Source: Candidatus Omnitrophota bacterium
Lineage (GTDB): Bacteria > Omnitrophota > Gorgyraeia > JAGLLT01
Reading direction: 5' to 3'
NCBI GenBank assembly: GCA_023140385.1
Contig: JAGLLT010000017.1
Span: forward strand, 1,754 to 65,753
Length of the DNA stretch: 64,000 bases
A model generated the notes under the pieces. That model saw only the letters and a program-made list of their open reading frames with translations. It was not told the DNA's origin and made no database searches. The translations under genes were made by a program, and so were the position numbers. This document shows positions 1 to 8,855 of this stretch, one piece after another. How positions within the stretch are numbered: the stretch's first letter is position 1; each line of letters opens with the position of its first letter.

Positions 1-277
1 CTTCATCATCCCAAACCGCTGTTACCATAGCCACTGGAATATCCGGATCAATTTTTTTTATTCTCTTTAATGTTTCAAGCCCGTTCATGTCAGGCATCAA
101 AATATCCAAAAGCACTAACCCTGGTTTCTCCACATCTATCGCTTTCAGGCATTCCTCACCCGATTGAACCGCTACTAACCTATATCCTTCTTCAGCCAAC
201 TGAACTCCCATCAGCTCAAGGTAACGAGGGTTATCGTCTACCGCCAAAATCATTTTCTTAAAGCTTTTAGCTACCAT
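1..277 (-). CDS. Response regulator receiver protein (partial, runs off window start)
   Basis: Manual translation MVAKSFKKMILAVDDNPRYL...GLVLLDILMPDMNGLETLKRIK; AGGAGG RBS upstream of ATG at 277. Confidence 0.85.
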   Translation of the reverse strand, partial: MVAKSFKKMILAVDDNPRYLELMGVQLAEEGYRLVAVQSGEECLKAIDVEKPGLVLLDILMPDMNGLETLKRIKKIDPDIPVAMVTAVWDDE

Positions 278-317
278 TTTTCCTCCTTTTGCAAAAAAAT
301 CTGTCAAAATCTAAATA

Positions 318-395
318 TGGGGTGAGCGAGGGGATTTGAACCCCCGGCCTCCGGAGCCACAGTCCAGCGCTCTATCCAACTGAGCTACGCCCACC
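318..395 (-). tRNA. tRNA-His (GTG)
   Basis: Reverse complement GGTGGGCGTAGCTCAGTTGG...CTGTGGC...GGTTCAAATCC...CACCCCA; encoded CCA and G-1. Confidence 0.95.
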
Positions 396-397
396 AA

Positions 398-480
<83 letters not shown>

Positions 481-517
481 CGTATTTCATATATCTTGAT
501 GTTTTGCCTTACACTTT

Positions 518-763
518 CTAGGGCAGATGCTCCCTGCCTGCCGGCAGGCAGGTATCCAATTTTTCATAAAATTTTAACCTTTCTTTTTCTGCAATGTACC
601 CTCTCTTTGCTGCAAAGTATAAAAGGTTAATTGTTTCAAAAGCTGACGCTAAACTTATATCCAAAAAGGAACTAAAATTTTTCTTAGTTGCAGTACCTGA
701 CCCTTCAGCAATATTATTTGATATTGATAGAGCGGCTCTCTTCAGCTGATCAACTCTAAACAT
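518..763 (-). pseudogene. Four-helix-bundle (23S rRNA IVP/TIGR02436-like) gene remnant
   Basis: DQLKRAALSISNNIAEGSG motif; MFR start joins directly to VDQLKRAA, so the first helix is absent; 3' end formed by a tRNA-like fragment and palindrome. Confidence 0.75.
533..552. repeat. 20-bp perfect palindrome CCTGCCTGCCGGCAGGCAGG (REP-like)
   Basis: Read directly; second copy at 14633-14652. Confidence 0.9.
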
Positions 764-810
764 TATTTTCTTAACTATTTGCACTTGGCCATATGCTATT
801 AGCCAAACCT

Positions 811-900
811 GGCCTGCCAGCCGTAGCCTTAGCGTAGTCCGGCCTGCCAGCCGAAGTTTTAACGTAGTCTGGCCTGCCAGCCGAAGTTTTAACGTAGGCT
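811..900 (-). repeat. Three tandem 30-bp hairpin units abutting the tRNA-Pro 3' end
   Basis: ggcctgccagccgtagccttagcgtagtcc / ggcctgccagccgaagttttaacgtagtct / ggcctgccagccgaagttttaacgtaggct. Confidence 0.9.
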
Positions 901-977
901 GGTCGGGGTGAGAGGATTCGAACCTCCGGCCCCCTGCTCCCAAAGCAGGTGCGCTAGCCAAGCTGCGCTACACCCCG
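900..977 (-). tRNA. tRNA-Pro (TGG)
   Basis: CGGGGTGTAGCGCAGCTTGG...CTTTGGGAG...GGTTCGAATCC...CCCCGACCA. Confidence 0.95.
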
Positions 978-984
978 AATAAAT

Positions 985-1128
985 CTAAAAACTCAAAGCG
1001 AAAAATATAAAACGATAACTAAAAATTTAAAATAAATAAAACAGTTTTAATTTTCTAATTTATGATTTTTAATTTTATTTTTAGTTTTAAACTATGGTTT
1101 TTAGCTCTACACTTTACGTTTTACGCTT
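985..1128. repeat. AT-rich imperfect inverted repeat with about 7-nt periodicity
   Basis: A-rich left arm and T-rich right arm ending ctctacactttacgttttacgctt; similar arms at 14664-14697 and 29843-29866. Confidence 0.55.
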
Positions 1129-1141
1129 ATTTAGGCAGATA

Positions 1142-1170
1142 ATTATAACAATATACCCTATTAAAGTCAA
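1142..1170 (-). promoter_or_regulatory. Sigma70-type promoter of the tRNA cluster
   Basis: TTGACT-17 nt-TATAAT with extended TG. Confidence 0.75.
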
Positions 1171-1181
1171 TAAAAAGTTGA

Positions 1182-2099
1182 TTAAAAAAGATAGATTAGT
1201 GATGATATCAAGCGGAGGTCGTTTTTCTCAACACCTTTTGGAGGGTGTGAATCGTAGTCATCAATGAGGCTTAGCCTTAAAGATAATTTATCACTAATTG
1301 GATTTTCCAGAGAGGTTTCACTGCGCAGTCTATACTCACCAAAACTGCTTAAAGCAGGATAGAAAAACACATCCTGTATAATTCTCGCCTTAGCAAATAT
1401 CCTCTTCTCCAGATAACCTCTGCAGATAGAGATAAATTCATCGTTATCCCCTTCTGTCCTGAAGTTCGTATGTTCTACGCCCAGGGCGGCTTCGGCCATT
1501 AGTTTCCAGTCCACCTCATCACTAAACCAATAGCCCAACCCAACAGATGGTATCAGTCTATAATCTATATCGGCAAACCTGTCATGATCCGCCTCGAGCT
1601 TGTAAAAATTATACCACTTCTTCTCCTCCCCAAAGCTAAAAGCATAGCGCCCCATACCGGACCATCTTTGAGCATCCATCTCTTGATTAGACGAAGAATA
1701 AAAAGCATCAGCCTTCAGAGTCACCTCATTACCGTCCGTTTTCCTGCCGGCATAAAAACCCATAGTCACCTGAGAGCTTTCAGAGTTCCCGCGGGAGTCA
1801 TTATAGCCCAGGCTTATTTTTTTCTCCCACAGCACAGCAGGTTCTTTTTTTTCGGCTAAAACAACTTCACCTTCCTTCTCTTTATCAAAAGAAATCCGCT
1901 CAATAAAATCTTTTCTGACGGAGATATCTCCCAAGGCCTCAGTCTTTATCACTACCGTGTCTTCGCTCTCCTCTACTACCCGGCCGCTTATTCTATCATT
2001 GTTTTTCAGATATATTTCATCTGCAAATAGCTCAATCCCTGTTACGGCAAGACAAACATTAAACACAACTATCGCGTAAATAAATATTCTACTTTTCAT
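1182..2099 (-). CDS. DUF481/YdiY-like outer-membrane beta-barrel protein
   Basis: Signal peptide, DEIYLKNNDRISG N-domain, DRFADIDYR, C-terminal Phe. Confidence 0.8.
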   Translation of the reverse strand: MKSRIFIYAIVVFNVCLAVTGIELFADEIYLKNNDRISGRVVEESEDTVVIKTEALGDISVRKDFIERISFDKEKEGEVVLAEKKEPAVLWEKKISLGYNDSRGNSESSQVTMGFYAGRKTDGNEVTLKADAFYSSSNQEMDAQRWSGMGRYAFSFGEEKKWYNFYKLEADHDRFADIDYRLIPSVGLGYWFSDEVDWKLMAEAALGVEHTNFRTEGDNDEFISICRGYLEKRIFAKARIIQDVFFYPALSSFGEYRLRSETSLENPISDKLSLRLSLIDDYDSHPPKGVEKNDLRLISSLIYLF

Positions 2100-2136
2100 T
2101 TTTCCTTTTTTAAAATATTAAGTGATAAATATATTA

Positions 2137-3135
2137 TTACTTTTTGCGAAACCTTTTAATCGCCAGCATCCCGCTTGACAAACTTAACAAAGTAATAATA
2201 AAGGAAGGTTCGGGCACGGGGGTTCCCGGATGAAAATAAACACCTTCAACTACCATCCAGTCCCAATATGTGCCGTTATAGCTATAGCCGTTGGTTGAAG
2301 TAATATCTAAAAACGGCCACCACTCAACACCATTAGTATCTGTAACCGACAAAACAGTACCGCTGTTCCAGTCCATCCAACTACTCTGAGAACTGGTTGT
2401 ATTCCAGGTATCCCAGATAGCAAAACCGCCTACCGTAATATTCTGCCAGGCACCATCATAAATTCTTATGTCAAACATATTCTCCTGATACCCATAACCA
2501 ACTACCGAATGACCATACCAATCACTGCCGCCGTGCCATTCAATCAAGTCAAGCAGCATAGGGTTTCCCGCGTCTATCTCATTTTTATACGCGTCCCAGC
2601 CGAATGTACCGGAATAATAACTCACGTCATCCAGCCAGCTGTCACAGTTATATGACTCATTAATAGCAGTCGCTGGATCATCCCACAGCGCGTAGTCCCT
2701 GAGGCCCGTAGGTATGTTACTTGACCAGGTCCCTCCGTCACCCAATCCTTCTCCGGAGCGCGAAGTGTGCATAAAGTCAGCGATACAGTTATCGTTATGA
2801 TTACCCGGATTTGGGTCAGGCGTGCCCCAATAGTCCGCGATATGCTCAGGGCTGGCTACCATATTTTGGGCCGTCGCGTTCCAGGTTGATACATCTCCAT
2901 CAACTAAATTGGACCAGTTTCCACTGGCATGGCTGTCCCAATATCCAAAGAGCATGCCGCCCGAGGTGGGCGAACAGCCGTGATACCAGCTATACTGCGG
3001 AACACCGCTAATCGGATTAGCGCCCATCTGAACACTTTCCCCGCTAAGCCGGTTTATGTTAACATCCGCTGATACACTAAATGAACAAAATAATAGTATT
3101 ACTACCGCAATAAATACGCCCATTTCTCTTTTCAT
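2137..3135 (-). CDS. PEP-CTERM protein with papain-like (C39/C10-like) cysteine peptidase domain
   Basis: GCSPTSGGML (Cys), GHSVVGYG (His), IWDTW (Asp); VPEPS-TM-KRFRKK tail; start taken at MKREMG. Confidence 0.75.
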   Translation of the reverse strand: MKREMGVFIAVVILLFCSFSVSADVNINRLSGESVQMGANPISGVPQYSWYHGCSPTSGGMLFGYWDSHASGNWSNLVDGDVSTWNATAQNMVASPEHIADYWGTPDPNPGNHNDNCIADFMHTSRSGEGLGDGGTWSSNIPTGLRDYALWDDPATAINESYNCDSWLDDVSYYSGTFGWDAYKNEIDAGNPMLLDLIEWHGGSDWYGHSVVGYGYQENMFDIRIYDGAWQNITVGGFAIWDTWNTTSSQSSWMDWNSGTVLSVTDTNGVEWWPFLDITSTNGYSYNGTYWDWMVVEGVYFHPGTPVPEPSFIITLLSLSSGMLAIKRFRKK

Positions 3136-3211
3136 AGTAGTCCTTAAATTGTTTATACATTGTGATTTATTTAGAACCATAACTAATTATATATTAAAAT
3201 TTGTCCATTTG

Positions 3212-3859
3212 TCAACAACTCTTTCTTCTTCCCGCAAAAATACCAACTAACCCCGTACCAAGAAGAATTAAACTTGATGGCTCGGGAACAACATTTATTT
3301 TGAGATTGTCATAATATGTTAGTCCATCAGCCGCATCGCCAAAGGCTTCTACAACTTCAACTCCAAGCTGAAGTTCGTGTATTCCTGAATAACTGTTCAT
3401 ATCGAGAAGCACATAATGCGGACCGCCCTGATTTTCTATCCATATTTTTTCCGAATCGATAGCTATGTAAGAATTGGCATAGGTACTTTGATTAACACGA
3501 TAAACATCAATACGTAGGCTCCAAATATCCGAAAAGTCTACATCTTGATAAAATTCGATATAATCTCCTGGAAAATGGCTTCCACGAGTTGAAGCAAATA
3601 CATATAAAGCCCAATCTCCTTCCGTAGAAGGATAACCTAAGTTACTAGTGCCATGACCGTTTGTGTTGCCGGAGTTTCGCCATGACCAATCGTCGGGCAT
3701 TCCCCAAAAATCGTAAAGATCGGTTGAAACACCATTTGGCATAAAATCATCATGTTCAAGTTCAAAGCCGGGATTCAGGATTGATGCTTCTACTAAATAA
3801 ATTTTAGACAGTATAATAATTAGGATAAATGTCTTTATAAATATTTTTGAATAACTCAT
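3212..3859 (-). CDS. PEP-CTERM surface protein, probable beta-sandwich domain
   Basis: Signal peptide, ILNPGFE...YYDNL, VPEPSSLILLGTGLVGIFAGRRK tail. Confidence 0.8.
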   Translation of the reverse strand: MSYSKIFIKTFILIIILSKIYLVEASILNPGFELEHDDFMPNGVSTDLYDFWGMPDDWSWRNSGNTNGHGTSNLGYPSTEGDWALYVFASTRGSHFPGDYIEFYQDVDFSDIWSLRIDVYRVNQSTYANSYIAIDSEKIWIENQGGPHYVLLDMNSYSGIHELQLGVEVVEAFGDAADGLTYYDNLKINVVPEPSSLILLGTGLVGIFAGRRKSC

Positions 3860-3921
3860 TTTTTCTCCCGGGCATTTTCACATTCGGCCATTTGTTTATT
3901 TTCCATTTCCCTTACCTCCAT

Positions 3922-4776
3922 TTATCTTTTTAACTTTCTTCTTCCCGCAAAAATACCAACCAACCCCACGCCTAAAAGCAAAATAGTGGATGGTTCGGGA
4001 ATTGTAATAGTATCAACCGCGTAGCCTGCCTCAGCCATAGCCGGATTCAAATACGGAAAAACCTTATCAGGTAAATATTCATGGTTGGTTATCAAGTGGG
4101 ATGGCTGTATTTGTACGTGTATCCCAAGGAGTGCCAGTTGATTATTCCAGGTCATAAATAACGGACTGCCTGAGTCACCACCCTGGCAATAACCTTCATC
4201 AATATAGCCACCGTTAAAATCAGTCTTCAAATAACTATACCTGGGTTCGTTTTCTACAATATTCGTCGCCACACGGGCATTCCAGCCATACATATAGACT
4301 TCTTTATCAAAACACCAATCGTTCTCTACATCCAGAATTGGATAATACCCAATATTATCTGATTCAGAAATAGGCTCATCAAGCCACCCCAGCGCAAAAT
4401 CCCCTGCTAAATTGCCATTCGGATGATAAAATATTGTATTTTTTGCCACATTGTAGGATTTTAACTCACCATCTCTATTGCTAAATGATAGCGAACCCCC
4501 CACGGGAATCTGGTAATGCCAGGCGCAAATATAATGTAATGGTGAAATCATAGTTATGCTTTGACTTGGATAAGATGAATTCCATCCCACACCCGACCAG
4601 TCATATTGTGAGGCGAAAAAATCAGGGTTGTTAACAGGATTACCGGCGTATGTGCCGGGAACAAAGCGATCATGGCGAGCCGGATCATAGCCGTTGATTT
4701 GCAGGGCATGGGCGTTTGCGGAAAAACCAATACCCAGAAATAATAAAAACACCGCCGTCCATTTAGATAAATTCAT
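3922..4776 (-). CDS. PEP-CTERM protein with trypsin-like serine protease domain
   Basis: CAWH, GDFAL and GGDSGSP triad motifs; IPEPS-TM-RRKLKR tail. Confidence 0.8.
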   Translation of the reverse strand: MNLSKWTAVFLLFLGIGFSANAHALQINGYDPARHDRFVPGTYAGNPVNNPDFFASQYDWSGVGWNSSYPSQSITMISPLHYICAWHYQIPVGGSLSFSNRDGELKSYNVAKNTIFYHPNGNLAGDFALGWLDEPISESDNIGYYPILDVENDWCFDKEVYMYGWNARVATNIVENEPRYSYLKTDFNGGYIDEGYCQGGDSGSPLFMTWNNQLALLGIHVQIQPSHLITNHEYLPDKVFPYLNPAMAEAGYAVDTITIPEPSTILLLGVGLVGIFAGRRKLKR

Positions 4777-4782
4777 ACGTTC

Positions 4783-4810
4783 ATTATAACAGAAAATCCC
4801 CCATTATCAA
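4783..4810 (-). promoter_or_regulatory. Sigma70-type promoter of the PEP-CTERM genes (possibly leaderless)
   Basis: TTGATA-16 nt-TATAAT with extended TG, 6 nt before the ATG at 4776. Confidence 0.55.
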
Positions 4811-4941
4811 TATAATTCATTTGTCTTTTTTAGGGAATATTTTACTTATACACAAGATATACAAATCACATCGTCCTAACTTTATTCAGACTTACAAATA
4901 AAGGAATTAAAAAGCAACTATTAAAATTCTAAAATTCTCTC

Positions 4942-4970
4942 TTGAATATACTGCCCGCATGTAGTAAAAT
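4942..4970 (+). promoter_or_regulatory. Sigma70-type promoter of the AsmA-like gene
   Basis: TTGAAT-17 nt-TAAAAT. Confidence 0.55.
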
Positions 4971-5001
4971 TATATAAAACCATTCATTGAGGAATTAGTG
5001 C

Positions 5002-7515
5002 ATGAAACTGATAAAGCTTTTTATTCTATTTGTTGTCTTGGTCCTGCTGGCCTGCGTTGTTTTAAACTATCACATACTGCCTGTAAGGGGCAAGGCCTTT
5101 CTGATAAACAGGCTGGAACATGCCCTTCATAGAGATGTCCGGATAGACAGAGTTTATTTTTCGCTAAGAAAAGGTGTCGTCTTGAAAGATATAGTCATAG
5201 AGAAAAAGAAAGACGGCCTGCTTAACAAACCACTCTTAACCGCGGATGAGGCAGGTTTTAACGTACTTCTGCTGCCTCTTATCACCCAGCGTAAAATAAT
5301 ACTCACGGACGTTCACGTAAAACATCCTCAACTTAACCTCGCGAAAAATATTGACGGCAACTTAAATATCAGCGATATCTTAAAGCGTAAAAAACCGCGG
5401 GAAACCAAAAAAAGTTCCGAGATGCTGATAGCAAGCCTGAGAATAACTAACGGCCGCTGTAAATTCACCGATTATAGCCGTGAGGACAAACTTGCATGGA
5501 GGTTGAAAGACATTTCGTTTAAATACAACTACTCACTCCCTCTGGCCGTAAAATTCAAAGCTTCTGCCGTATTAAACGAGGACAGCGGCCTTTTTAATCT
5601 TGCCGGCATATACAATCTAAAGGAAAAAAGTTTAACTATAGATATCACCGGAGATAAAATTAGACTATCCAAAATCTCTCCTCCCCTCACTCTACCTCTA
5701 GAGATCAAGGGCCTGGGTGGAATCATGAAAACCAAACTCAAGGCCAGGCTAAATAAGGATAAAATACTAGTAGTACAAGGTACCTCATGGCTCGATAATC
5801 TTATCTTTAAAAGCGACTCTTTCGATATTGCCGGGCGTTTAAATTTTACCTCAGATGTTAAATATGATTTGGCCGCCAAAGAAATAATTGCCATAAGTGG
5901 GGATGTCAACTTTGAAGACGCCTTGATAGAAGGAGTGCCTTATATCCAGACTATATCAAAACTGAAAGGCAAAACTACCTATGACAAAGAAAAAATTGCC
6001 TTTCACGGTTTAAAAGGCGATGTGTTAAATTGCCCCACCGTCATTCGGGGTGCGCTAAATATCAAAAGTCTTTATTTAGATCTTATCGCGAAGTCAGAAT
6101 TAAACCTTAACAAAGTCATAGAGATACTGCCTCAAAAGCAAAAAGAAAAATTCAGGGATCTGAAAATTAAAGGCAGAAGCTATGCTACCTTAAATATATG
6201 TGGTAACTTAAGAAAACTAATCTCTCTCGATATGACCGGAGATCTTTCTCTTTCCGACGTCTCGATGGAAAGCTCCGCTTTTACCCTGACAAATGCCAGC
6301 GGTAAAATCTTTCTATCAAAAGACAGGGTTGAATTAAATAATCTCCTTTTTGACATTAGGCAAAATCAATACTCTCTAAACGCTGTCCTTTCCGACTTTA
6401 ATAAACCCGGCATAGAGTTTAAACTGCTGTCCGACAACCTTTTTGCCGCCGGCACCTGCGACATCGCTCAGAATATCTTCTATATCCGGAAAATAAAAGG
6501 AAACTACTTTAAACATACCTTTGAGTTAAAGGGAGAAGTTACAAATCTTGAGTCGCCTGACTTTAACATCTATGGGGATCTACAGGTAGACTTGGCCGAT
6601 ATAGATAAACTTCTGCCGCCGGCCTGCAAAAAAGTATCCAGCTGGGAGCTAAAAGGCAAATGCCCCGCCACCTTTCACTTTCAAGGTAAGCCGGCCAAAT
6701 GGAAAGAAGCATCAGCCGCCCTCAAATCTTCTGCCAAAAGATTCAATTTAAAAGAGCTGAAGCTCGACAATTTTTATCTTAATGCCGTACTGAAAAACCA
6801 ACAGATCCTGTTAAATAATCTCTCACTTGATCTCTATGACGGCACAGTCAGGCTGTCGGGCGAAATGGACCTGAAAAAGGAAACCTCTCCCTATAAAATG
6901 AGCGCCCTGGCCGGTGAAGTTAATCTTGAAAAATTATTTAAGGATACTAAGCTAAAAGACAAAAGCCTTTCCGGCACAGCCCATCTTAAGCTGAACCTTA
7001 AAAAACCTCTTAAAGACATAAACACTATTTTAGGAAATGGAAGTATAGCCATAACGAATGGCCGCCTTCTGGAAATTCCGGTATTATCAGGCCTGGCTGA
7101 AACAGCCGGAATTCCCGCGTTTGCTGATATGCTAAAGGCCGTGGATATGAACATACTCGATAAAATAGTTATTAAAGAGGTCTATGGTGACTTTCGGATA
7201 CAAAACAGAAACATTACTACCGATAATCTTATTTTAGCCGGCGAAGTTGTTATTTTAAAACCGCGGGGCAGCGTTGACTTTAAAGGCAATCTTAACTTCA
7301 TAACCACGCCCGAAATATCCCCCGGTTTTTTTGACGACACCTCCAAGGCCGGTAAAATCATTTCCATGGTAACCGGCCTATTCACCAGCCACCTCGCCAG
7401 AGTAGAAACCACAGGAACTATTTCCGATCCTCAAAACAAAAGACTACCCCTCCCCACAGAAGATTTAATAAAAAAAGGCCTAAAAGGATTAGAAGACATC
7501 CTCAAAGGCTTTTAA
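5002..7515 (+). CDS. AsmA/DUF748-family protein
   Basis: N-terminal TM, repeated beta-rich segments, AsmA-like C-terminus (GSVDFKGNLNF...GTISDP). Confidence 0.8.
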   Translation: MKLIKLFILFVVLVLLACVVLNYHILPVRGKAFLINRLEHALHRDVRIDRVYFSLRKGVVLKDIVIEKKKDGLLNKPLLTADEAGFNVLLLPLITQRKIILTDVHVKHPQLNLAKNIDGNLNISDILKRKKPRETKKSSEMLIASLRITNGRCKFTDYSREDKLAWRLKDISFKYNYSLPLAVKFKASAVLNEDSGLFNLAGIYNLKEKSLTIDITGDKIRLSKISPPLTLPLEIKGLGGIMKTKLKARLNKDKILVVQGTSWLDNLIFKSDSFDIAGRLNFTSDVKYDLAAKEIIAISGDVNFEDALIEGVPYIQTISKLKGKTTYDKEKIAFHGLKGDVLNCPTVIRGALNIKSLYLDLIAKSELNLNKVIEILPQKQKEKFRDLKIKGRSYATLNICGNLRKLISLDMTGDLSLSDVSMESSAFTLTNASGKIFLSKDRVELNNLLFDIRQNQYSLNAVLSDFNKPGIEFKLLSDNLFAAGTCDIAQNIFYIRKIKGNYFKHTFELKGEVTNLESPDFNIYGDLQVDLADIDKLLPPACKKVSSWELKGKCPATFHFQGKPAKWKEASAALKSSAKRFNLKELKLDNFYLNAVLKNQQILLNNLSLDLYDGTVRLSGEMDLKKETSPYKMSALAGEVNLEKLFKDTKLKDKSLSGTAHLKLNLKKPLKDINTILGNGSIAITNGRLLEIPVLSGLAETAGIPAFADMLKAVDMNILDKIVIKEVYGDFRIQNRNITTDNLILAGEVVILKPRGSVDFKGNLNFITTPEISPGFFDDTSKAGKIISMVTGLFTSHLARVETTGTISDPQNKRLPLPTEDLIKKGLKGLEDILKGF

Positions 7516-8095
7516 AAATAACTTCGCTCATCTCCCCAAAGGCTTTGGCTCGATGGCTTATTTTATCTTTAATCTCAGAACCTAACTCCGCGAAGGTTTT
7601 ATCGTAGCCGTCCGGTATAAATACAGGGTCATAGCCAAAACCATGGCTTCCTCTGGGACTAAGAATTATCCTGCCGCGGCAGACTCCCTCTGTTTCAGCT
7701 ATAATCTTATTTTTATCCGCCAAAACCGCCAAACATCTAAAGCAGGCCTTCAATTTATTTTCAGGCGTGTTTTTTAGCAGGCCGATCAACTTTTCTATGT
7801 TTTTCTCATCATTAGCTTCAGGGCCGCTAAATCTTGCCGAGTATACACCGGGCCTGCCGCCTAAGGCTTCAACTTCCAGCCCTGAGTCATCGGCCAGACT
7901 AATGAGGCCGGCTCCGAGTGATGCCTCTATAGCCTTCTTCCGGGCATTTTCCACAAAAGTCTCACCGTCTTCTTCAATTTCCGGTATATTTTTAAAATCA
8001 TTTAATGATTTCAACTTGAGCCCCAGGGGCTCAAGCATCTTTTTAATCTCAATAAATTTATTTTTATTACGTGTAGCGATTAAAATTTCCCGCAT
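7502..8095 (-). CDS. rdgB: XTP/dITP diphosphatase (HAM1 family)
   Basis: ATRNKNK, ADDSGL, PGVYSAR, FGYDP, SHR motifs; next to rph. Confidence 0.95.
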   Translation of the reverse strand: MREILIATRNKNKFIEIKKMLEPLGLKLKSLNDFKNIPEIEEDGETFVENARKKAIEASLGAGLISLADDSGLEVEALGGRPGVYSARFSGPEANDEKNIEKLIGLLKNTPENKLKACFRCLAVLADKNKIIAETEGVCRGRIILSPRGSHGFGYDPVFIPDGYDKTFAELGSEIKDKISHRAKAFGEMSEVIFKSL

Positions 8096-8817
8096 TATTT
8101 TATCTTCAACACTTCTTTTTGTAAACTGATAAGTTTTTTTATACCCGTGCCTGCGAGCCGCACCAGCTCGTTCATCTTATTAACGCTGAAGGAACTGCCT
8201 TCTGCCGTCGCCTGCACCTCAACCAGCTCTCCGCTTGACGTCATAGCTACGTTCATATCTACCTCCGCCTTTGAGTCTTCGTCATACGACAAATCAAGCA
8301 AAATCCCGCCGCGCACAATTCCTACACTAACCGCCGCCACAAAATCGGTCAGCGGCAGTTTGTTAAATACCTCATCCTTCTTAAGCCCCTTTAAGGCCTC
8401 AACCAGAGCAATAAAGCAACCGGTAATACTCGCGCACCTTGTTCCCCCGTCTGCCTGTATCACATCCGCGTCAATCAGAATACTTCGTTCACCCAGCTTG
8501 TCCAGCTCAACAACACCTCTTAAAACACGGCCTATTAACCTTTGAATTTCATATGTCCTGCCGGATGTTTGGCCGCGCCTTCCATCCCGCTTTACTCTTG
8601 TTAAACATGAGCGCGGAAGCATTCCATACTCCGCGGTTATCCAGCCCGAACCCGTATTCCTCAAAAAAAATGGAACCCCGTCTTCTACGGTAGCCGTGCA
8701 GATTACCTTTGTATTCCCCTGCTCTATCAAGCACGAACCCTCGGCATATTTTATGAAACCTGTTTTTATGCTAACCTTTCTCAGTTTATCCGTACCTCTT
8801 AATCCCTGTCTTTGCAT
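8095..8817 (-). CDS. rph: Ribonuclease PH
   Basis: GWITAEYGMLP, EIQRLIGR, QADGGTRCASITG. Confidence 0.97.
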   Translation of the reverse strand: MQRQGLRGTDKLRKVSIKTGFIKYAEGSCLIEQGNTKVICTATVEDGVPFFLRNTGSGWITAEYGMLPRSCLTRVKRDGRRGQTSGRTYEIQRLIGRVLRGVVELDKLGERSILIDADVIQADGGTRCASITGCFIALVEALKGLKKDEVFNKLPLTDFVAAVSVGIVRGGILLDLSYDEDSKAEVDMNVAMTSSGELVEVQATAEGSSFSVNKMNELVRLAGTGIKKLISLQKEVLKIK

Positions 8818-8855
8818 TAAGATCCTCTCTATTTTTTACTCACGGAAAAATTAAA

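Noticed and set aside
811-900. CRISPR array
   Set aside because: Units are contiguous with no unique spacers, and no cas genes are present
518-961. 147-aa ORF as listed in the track
   Set aside because: Its 5' half reads through tRNA-Pro and the 30-bp repeats; only 518-763 resembles a protein
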